A stretch of DNA of 64,000 nt, taken from positions 34,908,001 to 34,972,000 of the forward strand of contig CM052816.1 of the NCBI GenBank assembly GCA_028534125.1, read 5' to 3'. Below, one piece after another: positions 13,344 to 26,324 of this stretch; the stretch's first letter is position 1, and each line of letters starts with the position of its first letter. This stretch comes from Lama glama (taxonomy: Eukaryota). Both the position numbers and the translations under genes were made by a program. The notes under the pieces are model-generated. The model searched no databases. It worked only from the letters and a program-made list of their open reading frames with translations, and was not told the origin of the DNA.

Positions 13344-15531
13344 TTGAAACTGAGGATTGGGAGGCAGGGTGGATAGCCAGACAGTGGCAGGAGAGTTGCT
13401 TGTCCGTTCCCACCTCGGGAGGAATCAGAGACAAGGTAACACCCTCTGTGGTGGTTGTGGAGCACTGACTGGGGTGCTCGGAGACATTCTCCTCTCACCA
13501 GTCTAGGCAATTTCCCCCCTTACCAGAGACACGATGAATGTGTTAGCTGCTCATGAGATTCCCGAGGCTGTGCTGCGTCCACAGATCTCGGACAGCTGGA
13601 CTGAGGCAGCCCAGGGAGGGCACAGGTGGCTCTGCTGACCTGGGGTCCGGCTCCCGCTCTGCCCACGAACTTGCCCATCCCTTTAGTCCCTTCACCCAAG
13701 GAGCCTGTGTCCTCATGGTAACACACTCAGTTCGATACCAGATGACATCTTTCAGGGTGATTCCAGGTTGGCTTTGGACCACATGAAAATCAGCTTGTTT
13801 CAGGTTCTTTGTGGTGAGTTCCACCCCCTCACAGGTGTTCATGTCACAGACTGAAAACCCTGGGAAAACTCAAAATGAATGGAAACAGGGGGTCTCTGGT
13901 CAAGAGTCCATGGTCACTTTTTAGGGTCACAGATATTCTCAGGTTGCTGTCAGCTGGAAAACTCAGTCTGAAATTTATGTCCTGAATAAATGTGTCACTC
14001 ATTTCTGTTCTGCCTCTGACCTAGACTAGAATTGGGGGAGGAAAACAATATTCTGTGACAGTGATTGCCAACTGGGAAGCATCGTGAGGAGAAAGGAGCT
14101 CATGTAAACAGCAACACAATTTTCTTAGCAAGAAGGCAATTTGGGAGAATTTAGTGGAATTCCAAAAGGATGATTGGGTGTAAACCTGTCCAAGGTTCTG
14201 GGCATTGTATTTCTTATCTGCACCTTTGTATTTTCTCCTCATAACAAGCAGAGGATATAACTGTAACTTCCTGATGAATACATGTTTTTCATGTATTGTA
14301 ACACTTCAGTGAGATGCTGTATCTTACCCATTTAACCTAAATTCAATTCCGCTGGTTATTTTTGTAGGTGGCCCAATATTGAAATGCAGAGATGCTTTTC
14401 CAAATATATAACCCTATACAATTGCTTTCTTTTGCCACTTGAGTTAATTGAAAACGATTTTGCTTTCTGTAGGGTTGGGGGTTTGTTTTGCTTTATCTTT
14501 CTTTCTGTCTTTCATGAAGGTGAGGGAGACAAGGTATTTCACACAGTGCACGCGGAAGATCCGAGATCGCCAGTCCAGCAGCAGCTTTGCCCGGCTCTCT
14601 GTGTTCGCACACTTGACAATTATCTCCCTTTGTGGATTAGAAAGGGAGAGCACATCCCTCTCAGCAAGTGGGAAACTGCCATTCGTGAAAGAGGTGTGTC
14701 ATCACAGGAGATGGGCAGACGTGTCCTTGCCACCGAGGAAAGGAAAAGACCTGCAACTCCTCACATTACCACAGAGACTTGCTTTAGAAGGAGAGAAAGA
14801 AGGAACGGAGAGAGAAGAGGAGGGAAGGGACAGGACAAATTTTGAGGCAGATGAGACCCAAACACATCTGAGCTGTGTCCACAAGGAAGTTTTATTTGGA
14901 GTCATAACCTTGGGGAGTAGCATTCTTCCTTTATAGTCTTCTGTGCTTGAGGACAAATACATAAAAATCTCCCTCTAAATGTGTGGATATGTGTGTGTGT
15001 GTGTTACTAAAAAAAAAAAAATCTCTCCCATTTTTCTTACCTCCTCCTGGAACGGAGTGAAAACAATATAAGTTAAGACCCACTGTGGTGCTGGTTCCTA
15101 ACTTCAGAATTGGGGACCAAAAATAACATTGTAAATTAAGAGGCTCAAAATGATTAAGGATGGTTGAGAAGTAGGACAGCTGAAGAATATGTGAAGACTA
15201 GTGATTTGTCAGAAGTTGAAGGATAAATAAGAAGTTGTTTGCTTCATTTTTCTCTTTTCATCTTGACAATCATTAGAGTCACTCACAAGATAATGAGTAA
15301 GTTCAAAGAAAGAAACAGATACCTGAGTTTTCAACTCAAGCACCTAAGACTGCAAAGAGCCCTCAAAGAAGATAAAACAATGCTATGTTCTCTGGAGAAG
15401 AAGGCTTCCAATTCTAGGGCATCGAGGGACCAAATTTTATGGAAATGTTATAGCTCGTGTACATAGAAGAGACTCATCTCATGCAGGTGTCTCATTGTAT
15501 TAAAAAATCAAAAACACTTTATTTTTGTTTC

Positions 15532-16162
15532 TGTTACCGAACCAAACTTGGGATCACTGCCCTATTGCAGCAAAGCCAGTCTACTGACACCGGGTTGTGG
15601 TGAAGGAAAGAGCAGCTTCTACTGCAGGGCACCAAGCAAGGAGTCCAGGCAGCTAGTGCTCAAAAGGCCCGACTCCCCAGTGGCTTTCAGGGAAAGGTGT
15701 TTAACGACAGGGTAGGGAAGCAGGGATGTGGGGTGAGTAACCAGCTCATGGACATCCTTCTGTGTGGTTGGTGGTGAGGTCATCGGGCGTCAACATCATC
15801 AGCCTTCTGATTCCAACCAGTCTGAGGTCTACCGGTTTGTGGGCATCTTCCAGTTAATTTTTTTCCACCTGGAGGGGGTTTCAGTGTCTGCAAAACAGCT
15901 CAAAGGACATGACTTAGAATATTATCTGTAGCTCTTGAGGAGGAACTAAAGGTCCTTGACTTTAATGGCTACATTATTACCATTTTGTCTTGCTTGACTG
16001 TTTTCCTTTCTTTCTGCATTTTCTCCCTTCTCTGATTAAATTCATTCTTCGGAACTCATGGAGGGCCTATGAGGCTAAAGTTTTCCTATACACAAGAGGC
16101 CGGCATCGGACATGGTGGGGAGCCTGTTCTAGGAAGGCCCCATGGGGTCCTGCTTAGTTACA
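15532..16162 (-). mobile_element. ERV1-class solo LTR (LTR39-like, laurasiatherian/artiodactyl)
   Basis: TG...CA ends ('tgttaccgaaccaaacttggg...ggtcctgcttagttaca'), 631 bp, perfect 4-bp TSD tttc at 15528-15531 and 16163-16166. Confidence 0.9.
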
Positions 16163-16662
16163 TTTCCATTTAAATCTATGTGGTAGGGCCAGTTCCTGTC
16201 CTAGAGTTGGGCGTCACATGAATTTCCTGGTCACTCTTACGTCATGCAAATCCTCCAGGTGTTCTAAATTTCAGCACAGTATTTAGAAATTATAAGCCCA
16301 ATGCCTATAATAATCAAAACTATGAATTAGATTTAAAATTGAGGCATCTCCTAACACCAAGCTTGGGCTGGAAGCTGCAAGTAGGAAGTGGAAGGGGGTC
16401 ATGGCTGGCTTCTCTCTTCCCTCAGAGAGGTCTTCTATCCATCCCCCCTCACAGGTGAGGAAAGGTCTTGCCTGTGCGGCACTTATGAGTGTCACCCTCT
16501 AACACATAGTCCAGCAGGTTATTACTGCTGACTCTCTCGTCGGGGCTGCAGACCCTCCCTGCCCGACTCCTTTGCCTGAACCTGTCCCTTGCAGGCCCCT
16601 AGATGTGGGTGACTTACTCTCCTGATGTGTCTTGAACTTCAGTGGTTCACCTGTAGCTTCTT

Positions 16663-17109
16663 TTTTTTTTCTTTCCCTTTTTTAAAATTGAAATATAGTT
16701 GATTTACAATGTTGTGATAGTTTTGGGTGTACTGCAAAGTGATTCAGTATTGTGTGTGTGTGTGTGTATACATATATACATATATATGTATATATATTCT
16801 TTTTCAGATTATTTTCCCTTATAGTTTATTACAAGATATTGAATGTAGTTCCCTGTGCTATATAGTAGGACCTTGTTGTTTACCTATTTTATGTATAGTA
16901 GAGAGTATCTGTTAATTCCAAACTTGTAGTTTGTCCCTCCCCAGCCTTTCCCCTTTTTAACCATAAGTTTGTTTTCTATGTCTATAAGTCTGTTTCTGGT
17001 TTCTGAATAAGTTCATTTGTGTGGGTTTTTTTTTTTTTAGATTCCATATGTAAGTGCTATCATACGGTATTTGTCTTTCTCTATCAGACTTACTTCGTTT
17101 AGTATGATA
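16663..17109 (-). mobile_element. 5'-truncated L1 3' end with 14-bp TSD
   Basis: T-rich tail, L1 3'UTR with internal (TG)n(TA)n tract; TSD acctgtagcttctt at 16649-16662 and 17110-17123. Confidence 0.92.
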
Positions 17110-17138
17110 ACCTGTAGCTTCTTCAGGCCAAGGGAACT

Positions 17139-17156
17139 TTGCGCCTCCAGGTGGCC
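17139..17156 (-). promoter_or_regulatory. Candidate CTCF site
   Basis: Minus strand reads GGCCACCTGGAGGCGCAA versus consensus GGCCACCAGGGGGCGCTA. Motif only. Confidence 0.35.
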
Positions 17157-18221
17157 CTCTGGAGCTGGGCCTCAGCTGCCTGTGCCCACAACTCACAGCT
17201 GGTCCACAGGAAGCCTGGCCCCGTGGCCCTGACAGGTGCTGTGGGGTCAGGCCCTTCCTCTGTAGCTGCCCCTAGCCAGAGTCAGATGCCAGTCCACTGC
17301 GACCCTACCACCCGCCCCAGGCTGCAGGGGTGGGTACACTGTTACCCTCCCTGATGAAAGCCTGGCACCCTTGCCCCCAGCTGAGCAGGAAGGAGGAAGA
17401 GCCACCGTCCCGGGCCTCTGGGCTGGGTGGATGCAGAGCCTGCCTGCAGATCTAGCCTCCAGCAAGATGCTCACACTCTCAGTCCTCACCCGTTGGTACC
17501 ATCAAGGGGAGCAAGGGCTTTAAGGACCGTCTAAACTCTTAGGGTCCCTATACTGTGAATAAATTCTTGGGACATCCACAAGGGAAAAGCAATGAGCACA
17601 CCTCAGGGCGTGACAGCCAGCTAAATTCCCATCATTTCTACTTCTTTAATGCCTTTTTTTCTTTTTTGAAAATGTTGGCTAGTCTTGGGTCCTTATTTTC
17701 AAATAAAATTGAAAAATTTAAATATCTGTCTAGAAAGCTAAATATATTTTATTATTTATGTTTGTATATGATCTCATTTTAACCAATGATTGACACTGGG
17801 AAAAAAAAAACAAAGAAACCCTAATTCATGATTATGTGAATTTTTTTTCCAGGTATGAATCATAGTTCTGTGTTTGATTTTTAGATTTGTTATGCATATT
17901 TGGTCTAACTACCAAATTTGTAATAATCACAAGTTTTATGACTAACAGAACTATGCATATTTTAAAATGAATTGAATGTAAGACAACTCAGTGATCTTTC
18001 CGCTAGTGAATAATTGTTTATGGTCTGTTAGAAATTACATATGAGAACTGGTCAGTGGGTGAAGACAAAGTGGCTTATGTTTATTCCAGGAAAAAGTTAA
18101 CAAAACAGCTCAAAATCACAAGCAATTTACTGTTGCTAATGTGTCACTAATAAACTACTTTTTGTGGGAAAAAAACCAGAGTTAAGAGCAAGGAAACACA
18201 CTGTGTTACTTTGTGGCCTGG

Positions 18222-18806
18222 AGAGGCAGCAGTGGAGAAGACCCAGGATTTGGAATCAGGATGATTAGCTTTGAATTCTGCCTCTGCTATTTTGCTGTAC
18301 AACTTTGGGCAATTTAATTAATCTCTCCACTTCCTCAGTTTCCCCATCTTTAAAATGGATATGATAACAATAGTATATCAGTCAGGGTTCAGCCAGAGAA
18401 ACAGAATCAGCAGGATGTATATTTATGTATATTATGTATATTTATTACGTGGAATTGGCTTATGTGATTGTGGAAGCTGGCTGAGCAATTCCAAACTCCA
18501 CAGGACACAAACCAAAACAGTGGAATTTCTTCCCCTTCCCCCGCTACCCACCCCGGTCATGGAAGCCTTTGCTTCCATCCATATTATCCAGGACAATCTC
18601 CTTTCCTTAAAGACAATGGACTATGGACTTTAATTAAACCTACAAATATCTTCATAGCAACAGCTGGATGAGCATTTGACTGCATAGTGGCTGACTGTAG
18701 CCTAGTCAAGTTGACACACCACAAGAACCTACATCATAGGTCATTGTAAAGCTAAAATGACTGCTGTAAATCACTTAGCAGGGTCTGGCACACAGTACAT
18801 ACTCAC
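18222..18806 (+). mobile_element. MIR interrupted by an MLT2 LTR
   Basis: MIR left part to 'tttccccatctttaaaatggatatgataacaatag' (18373); resumes 'acctacatcatagg...cttagcagggtctggcacacagtacatactca'. Confidence 0.75.
18374..18723 (-). mobile_element. MLT2 (ERVL) solo LTR nested in MIR
   Basis: 'tatatcagtcagggttcagccagagaaacagaatcagcaggat...ggaattggcttatgtgattgtggaagctgg...gcctagtcaagttgacac'. Confidence 0.85.
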
Positions 18807-19601
18807 GTGGTAACTCTCATAAATATTACTTACCAGCTATGTGGCTTTGAGCAAATCCCGTAATTTGATCTTTGGCTTCTTCATGGGTAAAATGAAAGCA
18901 CTGGAACAGAAAGTCATGAATGCTTCTTTCTTCTCTTAATGTGGGTGACTTTTGGCTACACTGAGAGAGAGGAGACTAAGCAAGCAGAGATTGGGAAGGG
19001 AAGCACACTGGAATGAAGTAGGGATAGAAAAAGGAGGAGCTCGTGGCACAGGAGGAAGCATGTGAACAGCAAGAAGATTCCGAAGCCCTGTGGACACTGG
19101 ACACCTTGCAGTGAACAAATTTCCAGATGTTGTTGAGCTGACGAGCCTGGTCCGTGGCCACCACTGGCTCCTAGGTGCCCTGGTGCCTCTGACACTGAGG
19201 GACTCTTGTCAGAAGTGGCAGTAAAAGCCCCACCCTCCTGCATAGTAGACTTACTCAGGTAACACTCTTTGAGCAACTTCTGTGTAGGCACCTACTACAT
19301 GCCATGATAAACCCAGAGGAAGCTGGCTCCAATTCCTCATTAACAGGAAACACTTCAGTAATCACCTTTACTCTTTCTCAGCATCATCTCCACAAAAAAG
19401 TAGTATTTCCACTTGAGGGCCTGCAGGTTATATGCCGATCTGGGGACCTGCGGACAAGCAAGCCTTCAGTGTTCCCACTCCCACCCAGCTTGAAGATGCT
19501 ATCCACCTTGAAAGATAGCGCCCCCTACTATTTTAAAGCAGATGGTTTCTGACATTTCCTCAGAAGGAAGAAAGTGTTTGCTTCCTCAGACAGCAACAGC
19601 T

Positions 19602-19810
19602 AAATGTCAGCCACTGTATATAAAAATAGATTTTAAAAAAAAAGCTCTCCTGTATAGCACAGGGAACTACGTTTAATATCTTGTAATAACCTTTAATGAA
19701 AAAGAATATGAAAATGAATATATGTATGTATATGCATGACTGAGACATGTGCTATACACCAGAAATTGACACATTGTAACTGTGCTTCAATTGAGAAAAA
19801 AAAAAAAAAA
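19602..19810 (+). mobile_element. Very short, young L1 3' end with poly(A) (camelid-like L1 tail)
   Basis: 'aaatgtcagccactgtatataaaaataga...gtatagcacagggaactac...acaccagaaattgacacattgtaactg...(A)15'. Confidence 0.85.
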
Positions 19811-22800
19811 GGAAGAAAGCAAGCTATAGCTAAACTCAAGTCAAAACAAGGGAGAATCTGCCAGTTTGTCTGAGAAGAGCTGAGGTGCTTGGCTGTTAGT
19901 GATCTCAACCTCCAAACCAGTCCCCTTGTCACACAGAAGGATGGAACCCGGGTTAAGGCAATCGTGAAAGGCCTGCAGAAGGAAGGAAAAGCCGTCTCTG
20001 GGGAAACGAATGCCTAGAGACATTCTTTTAAAGACAGTTCCACCCAAGAATGTACGTCACAGTGTGTCCTGGGAAATGACAAGCTGGACTGTGCTTAACC
20101 AGCAAGACAGGATGGGTTTCTGGTAGTTGGGAAACAGCAAGAAAATCGTGGCCCCCAGTGGTCTGAAGATTTCCCATTTCGTGCCTGTTCTGTGAAGCTC
20201 CAGGTACTAATGTCTGTTATTTTAAGGTAGTTTTTCTCAGAGCAGCATGACTGATTCAGAGAAGTAAAATCTAGAAATTCCACGATTTACTGTTTGCAGG
20301 TATTCTTTTTACCTGTTGCCCGTGTGTTTGCCCCCACTTTAGTGTGTCAGACTGACTACAGAAAGGAAATTGTCACCTAATGTTTTTTGTCAATAACCCC
20401 TTATTAACGGTGTGTTATTGTTTCTGCTTTCATCTGAATCCAACTCTAATATCATAAATAAGACTATAAAGTGTTATTCTACAACACATTTTATTCTTCC
20501 CTCTCAGGTGAGAAATCAGATTTTTTAAAATATTTTATATATTTTTAATATTTTATGTTTCAGTATTTTTGAGCACATATTTTGAGTTTGAGCTCCCTTT
20601 GTACGGCTGCCTAGGTAGCTTATGTGGCGTCAAGGCAGGAATCCTGACACTCACCTCCCCCTGTGGTTTCTAAGGCATCTTACAGAGTTACCGTGTTCCT
20701 TAGTTGCATTATCCTGGACAAGAACTTCATTGTTGCTCTGTGCACATGTTATGTCATCCATTTATGAATCATTTATATTTACATCACACATCACTTACAC
20801 ATTGTAAAATATTGGCTATATTATGGTTTTCTACTTACAGTTTCAGGATTGTTATTGCAAATGAATTAATTGCATTTTCTCCCTTTGCAAGGCTGAGGTG
20901 AAAACTAATGACACAGATAACAGATTTTTTTCCCTTGGTAATTAGAAAGCCTTTAACTTCATTATTTAATCCCCAAGGACAGGGTAAGTGATTATCTGTA
21001 TGAATGAATTGCAGTCTACAGTTCCTTTTTAATTAAAATTTTTTTCACAATATGAGAGATTCATTAAGTAAATTTTAGCAACATAAATGCTTGAGGACAG
21101 AGGAATCATTTTAAAGTCTTCTATAAAATTATTTCTGTATTACACTGTGATTCTCACGAAATTCACCTTTTATTAAATCAACTTAGAAAGGGAAAACTGT
21201 ATTTTCCCATAGTTATATTGTAGTGATATTTATATTATGATTTTTTTGTTGTTATTGTTCTGCCAGCAAGGAATCATCAGATGTGTTATGGATTTGCCCC
21301 TTTGACTTGAGAATTCCACTCAGACATTTTTCTCAAGGAGGTGAAGACTGGGAAATTCGGTGTTTCTACGGCACGTTTATCCCATCATCCATTTGGAAGT
21401 CTCCAAAAGCTGGTGAGTGGACTTATAACTTCAATTTCCCCATGCTAGTCCTTGTTACATGTTGTGCTGTGATAACTCCTGAGGGCACCGTAAAAAGCGA
21501 TAAAATTACATCTGGCACTGGTTTTGGCTAGGCGTTTTAATCAAATGCAGGCCAGATTAAATCTGTTCTGCAAGAACCTGGGTGTCCATTTAGCTGTTAC
21601 CTGATCGATGAAACAAACCTAATTTTTAAAGGCTGTGGAGGCTGCGATTAGAGGGCAGGTAATCAGGTAACTGTCTATTAGCAGAACAAGCCAGATCTGT
21701 ATTGATCAAGAAAGGGAAAAGTCTGACTTGATTAACAAATCTTCTCAGCGTCAAAAAACTAATGGTTAGTTTTAAAATGTAATTTTGCTTCTGTTCCTCA
21801 GCAAGTGGCCGAAAATAGCCCAGGGAGGGGCCATGGAGAAGGTGAAAGTGTTTGTCAATTAGGAGCTTTGGCTGTTGTTTGGGGAAACCTGGTGATGAGA
21901 AAGCAGCAGGATTTCTGTCTCAGGCAAAAAGTGTCTCTCCCCTCTGAACATAGTATAGAGGAAATCAACACAGTCTTATACCGAAGGTTCAGTGTTAGAT
22001 TTGTAGCTCCGTGTTCTACTCTGAAATGATTTCTGGGAGAGGCAAATGTATCAAGAAAGAGATACCTTTTTTGTATCAAGAAACTCCTCATTCAATTGTT
22101 TTATGTCCCAGGGGGCTCTCAGGACTGTCCCTCCACAGGGACCGGAGACCCAAGACACCTCCTTTGGGAAGAACATGTGATTGATATATTGGGAATTCAC
22201 CCCCTCTTCTTGTAGCAAGATAGACCCAGGCCCATGCACCCTCTCCCCTGAAGAGAGGGAACCTCACAACAGGAGGTAATATCTGCAAATTCTTTCTTTG
22301 TGCCTCTGGGATAGAAATCATAATCACTTAACTGTTATGTTGCCATTAAAAGACAGGGGGAAACCTGCCTCAGTTGTCCTAAAGCAGGTGAGAGAGTTGA
22401 GGCTGCATGTGGACCTGAGTCCACACCAAGAAAAGGCATCTGGGTCCCTCCACCTCCTGCCTTAGAACAGAGCCCCCACAGACCTGCAGTGAGTTGGCTG
22501 AAGAGGTGGGCACCCCTTGGGTCTCTCTCTCCTGATGCCCACCCTCTGCAGAAGAAGCAACGCCAGTCCTGGGGGCCCTGATCAGACAGGTGAAGAATCC
22601 CACTGTGGGCAGGAAGCCAGGAGCAGCGTGGATACTCTATCTGGACATCACATGGCATTTGACAGGGAATGAAGAGTGCGGAAAGCACGTTGACCGTCTG
22701 TCTCTCAGTGTCCTGTGACTTCTAGCTCCTCGCAACAAACTCAGAATTGGCTTGGTTTGGTCTGGAGAACAGAGGCAGCTCCAAGGTTGATAAAACCTAA

Positions 22801-24884
22801 AACAATAACGTTTTATTCTAATAGAAGAACTGAGATGGAGGGGGCAAAAAATAAACAGGTAAATCTGGGGGAACTTAACTAGGTTGTTTCTTTGTGGGTT
22901 TAATGCCAACCACAACAAAACATACTGCAAGTATAACAGTTCTACAAAGGAACTCCTTATTTGAAAGCAGCCGGGAGAGAGGCTCTAAAATTCCTGGACC
23001 AGGAAGTTCCAAGCCTTCATGAGTCCTGAGTCCACAGTTCCCATTTCCCTTCCCCAAACTACCATCTGTCCAGTCTTCACTGACCCGAGACCCACAGTGA
23101 TTTTGCCAGCACTCAGGGAGACATCCTCAGGCATTTGCCACATTTGCTGCCTCTCCAGAGTGTGTGGCTGTACAGCTGTGCTCGTGGACCTGTTTCTCTC
23201 TGTGCTCAGGTGACAGCACCCATGTCCCTGCCTCTGCTCACCGTGGCCACCACCAAATCCACCTCCAAAGCTGCAGAGAGGAATGAAGATGCAGAAGAGC
23301 TTAGCGGTCACTTCAAAAACTGTGCTGTCTTCTCAACACATCCCAAAGTCCTTGTCTTCAAGCATACACAAAAGCTCTCTGGGGCACCTCCCACTGACCT
23401 TGAAGAGCTTAGACATGAGCTCCTGAGCTTGTTTAAGTGCTTTTAGAGTCTCACAAAGGAATCTCCACCCTCTGTGGGCTTAGCCTTCTCACCACAAGAG
23501 GACAGGTGTGTTTAATGAGTGTGTCCCAGCAGTAAGTGTATGTTGCAGCAAATGCCTTTTTCTTGTTTAGATTGCTGCTGTTTTGCTTTGGGCATATTCA
23601 GGGTTCCAGCAGTAGGAAACATAACACTTCTTAGGAAGAATTTGTATAAGAGGCAGGAAGATGCGCGTTGCAAGTACAGAAAAGCGTTTTCATTCCAGCT
23701 TCCAATCCTGGCATCCATTCCTCTGTGAGGTAAAAATTTGGGGCTTCTCTGTTTACATAAACATTCCCCCACCTCGTGACGAGAGCCTTGTATTTCCGCT
23801 AGCTGTTGTCAGTAGGCAGTCGACTGCATTAATGCCTCCGAGGTGGGCTAGTCAAGATTGATCAGCTCTGTCACTCCAGAGAGGGGCATGAAAGGAAATG
23901 GATGGCTGAAAGCAGCCGAGGAAAGCCACAGGCAGAAACCAGCTGTGTGGGCCATCAGTGCTCAGTGCAGTTAGGCGGGAACACCCTTGAAGAAAGGCTA
24001 CTACCTCCTAGGAGAGCGAGGAAGCCCGCTGGGCCCAGGGCTGCAGCAGAAGAGGGCGCGCCGCAGGGTGACATCAAGTCAGGACTTAACCAAAAGTGCT
24101 GACTCCAGAGAGCCCTCGGGAAGCTGGGTCTGGCTGTTGGATACATAGTTCCATGTGTCTATGTCAGAGTCTAGAGAGGAAGGGAGGCAGCAGTGAGGGG
24201 CTCAGGAGAGGGTGCTGCAGGACAGGCTGGGCTGTCTGTCCAGACAGGGTGACCTTCAGGAGCTGGGAGCAGGTCACCCGTGGGAAGGAGGGGGCCGGGG
24301 GGGCCTCAAGTCAGCATGGAGCTAGCTCAGCAGATCCCCTATCAAATGAGCCGCCTGGTTCCACACTGTGCTCCCACCCCAAGCAGAACAGAAGGCAGAA
24401 TCCGAGCCACTTCTCTCCCTGGCTGGGGAGCAGAGCGTCCTGCTTGTGGCAGTGTTCCCCTGCAGTGCTAGTGGGCAGCCAGCCACTGAAATGCAAGGAC
24501 TGACACTAACACCTGTAGCTTCGTGTGTCACCAACAACCTGGGAAACCATTTGCAGCTTCCTGGACAACTACCATGTCCAGGGCACACTTGTTCCCAGAG
24601 GCTCAGGAGAGCCTACAGGAATGGGTGGGGGGTGGCTCTCAGGACAGCGACCCTTGTTCTGCCCCCTGCCACTCCCCTGGCGATGTTCTTGGAGACACCT
24701 CCTAGGGAGTCCTCATTTGCGTAGGGGGTGCTTTATCCTGCCCACAAGGAGGAGACAGTACGCAGAGGAGTCTGGTCTAACTATACTGGGAGTGGTGAGC
24801 TCTAGATGCTTTCTCAGAATTGTAGAAAAGCAGGTAAAAGAGCCTTCTTAATTCTGTAGACCTATTTAACTGAGGTGGCAAGAG

Positions 24885-25300
24885 CATTAGGCCTAGAGGT
24901 GGGACAGGCTTCCTGATATCAGGGCTGTGAGTTAGTCCCTTAACATCTTTAATTTTTTGAGGCTCAGTTCATTCATCTATAAAATGGGTGTAATAGTGCT
25001 TAATCTTTTTCTCTTCCAGGGTTAATCAAATATTGATGCACATGGTGATGATGGTGGTGTTGCTGCTGGGGACGATACTGAATAACAGGTGTCACCTATG
25101 TAGCACTTACCATGTTCCAGGCACTACTGGAAGACATCTGTTATCGCTCCTGTGAGGTAGGTGCCCAAACCTCCTTTTACAGAAGAAATAACAGGCTGAG
25201 TGACTTGCTTGTTCACAGCTGTACAGCCAGCCAGGAGTAGCGAACAGAGCTGAACCCTGGGCAGCCTGGCCTCAGGGCCTCCTCTCCTAACCTTATGCCA
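24885..25300. mobile_element. Two MIR fragments in opposite orientation
   Basis: 'ggctcagttcattcatctataaaatgggtgtaatagt' (+) and 'agcacttaccatgttccaggcact...cctgtgaggtaggt...ttttacagaaga...gagtgacttgc' (-). Confidence 0.65.
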
Positions 25301-25639
25301 TAACTTTTCCCCCAGATAATCTATGTGAAACTGTCTTAGAAATCTCTTGCCTCCAGAAAGCAGGTGTTAGCATGTGTTTCATAAAGCAAGAGTTAATGGA
25401 AAGTTTTAATGGATACATGCAGTGTTAAACACATATAAGCAGATGTTGTCTTTACTATGACTAGAAACTGGGCAGTCCTGACCCCTACAATCAAGGGACC
25501 AAATCTGAATTCTGCTCAGGCACCAAAACTATCAGGTGGGAGATGAGTGCTTGGCAACAGCCCTGAGCAGGGTGTGGGAGCCCAATGGTGGCTGCCTGGG
25601 AGCCAAGAGGGAGCGCTGGGGCCTGAAACCCTTCTCCTC

Positions 25640-26100
25640 AGCTGGCTGGGAAGGGGATTTTTCATTCCAACAGGCCATTGGTTCTGATTGATGAAGAGAG
25701 TAGCTTCTGCCAGGAGAAGCTGACAAAGGCAATTTACACGGGGGCGAGAGGAGGAGGAACTGAGCCGTGCGCTGCCTTGCAGACGCAGCCCCGCGCCATC
25801 CCGCGGGCCTCGGCGCAGCCTGGCAGACACATGTCAGCACGCGATGTAAATGTTGTCGCCACTGTTGTTTTACTCCGCGCGCGGACCCGGATCAATGGCA
25901 AGCCTCGCACAGGCCATCCATCACCCCAGCAGCAGTCTGTGAGTTATGAGGCTAACAACCCCGCGCTGACTCCACCGACAGCCTCTCACGTGGAGCTGGT
26001 GATGGGCAGGCGAGGCGGTCTGCACCCGAGCAGGGGATGCCCCGGGGAGGGGACCAGGGTCAAGGCCCGGGCCCAGGCCTTGCCCAAAGCCTAGCGGCTG
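25640..26100. promoter_or_regulatory. Small CpG-island-like element / candidate enhancer or promoter
   Basis: About 30 CpGs counted by eye in ~360 bp (25739-26097) against a CpG-poor background; no repeat recognised; PBX/HOX-, MEIS- and CCAAT-like motifs. Confidence 0.6.
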
Positions 26101-26324
26101 CTGATGCCATTTCTGAAGGACAGGAAATGCTGCATGGGGTCCACCTCACTCCTGCCAAGAGGCCTCTTTTGGGAGCATCATGTATCCCAAGGACCTCTGT
26201 CCCCACAGGGTTTATAACCTATATTTGCCCACCTAAAATGATAAAGAAACATCATTTATCACATCCTTAGCCAGTAGCGTCTGTCCCTACTTCAGTGATG
26301 TTTATCCCCTAGTGGGGGAACCTG

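Noticed and set aside
20490..20515. Polypyrimidine tract plus 'cag|gtgag' (acceptor abutting donor, recursive-splice-like)
   Set aside because: Single motif with no evidence for an enclosing transcript; cannot be supported without RNA data.
23190..23446. Splice-acceptor-like 'tttctctctgtgctcag|gtgac' followed by an open frame (VTAPMSLPLL...LLSLFKCF*)
   Set aside because: No recognisable homology, no partner exons and no nearby poly(A) signal; such motifs arise often by chance.
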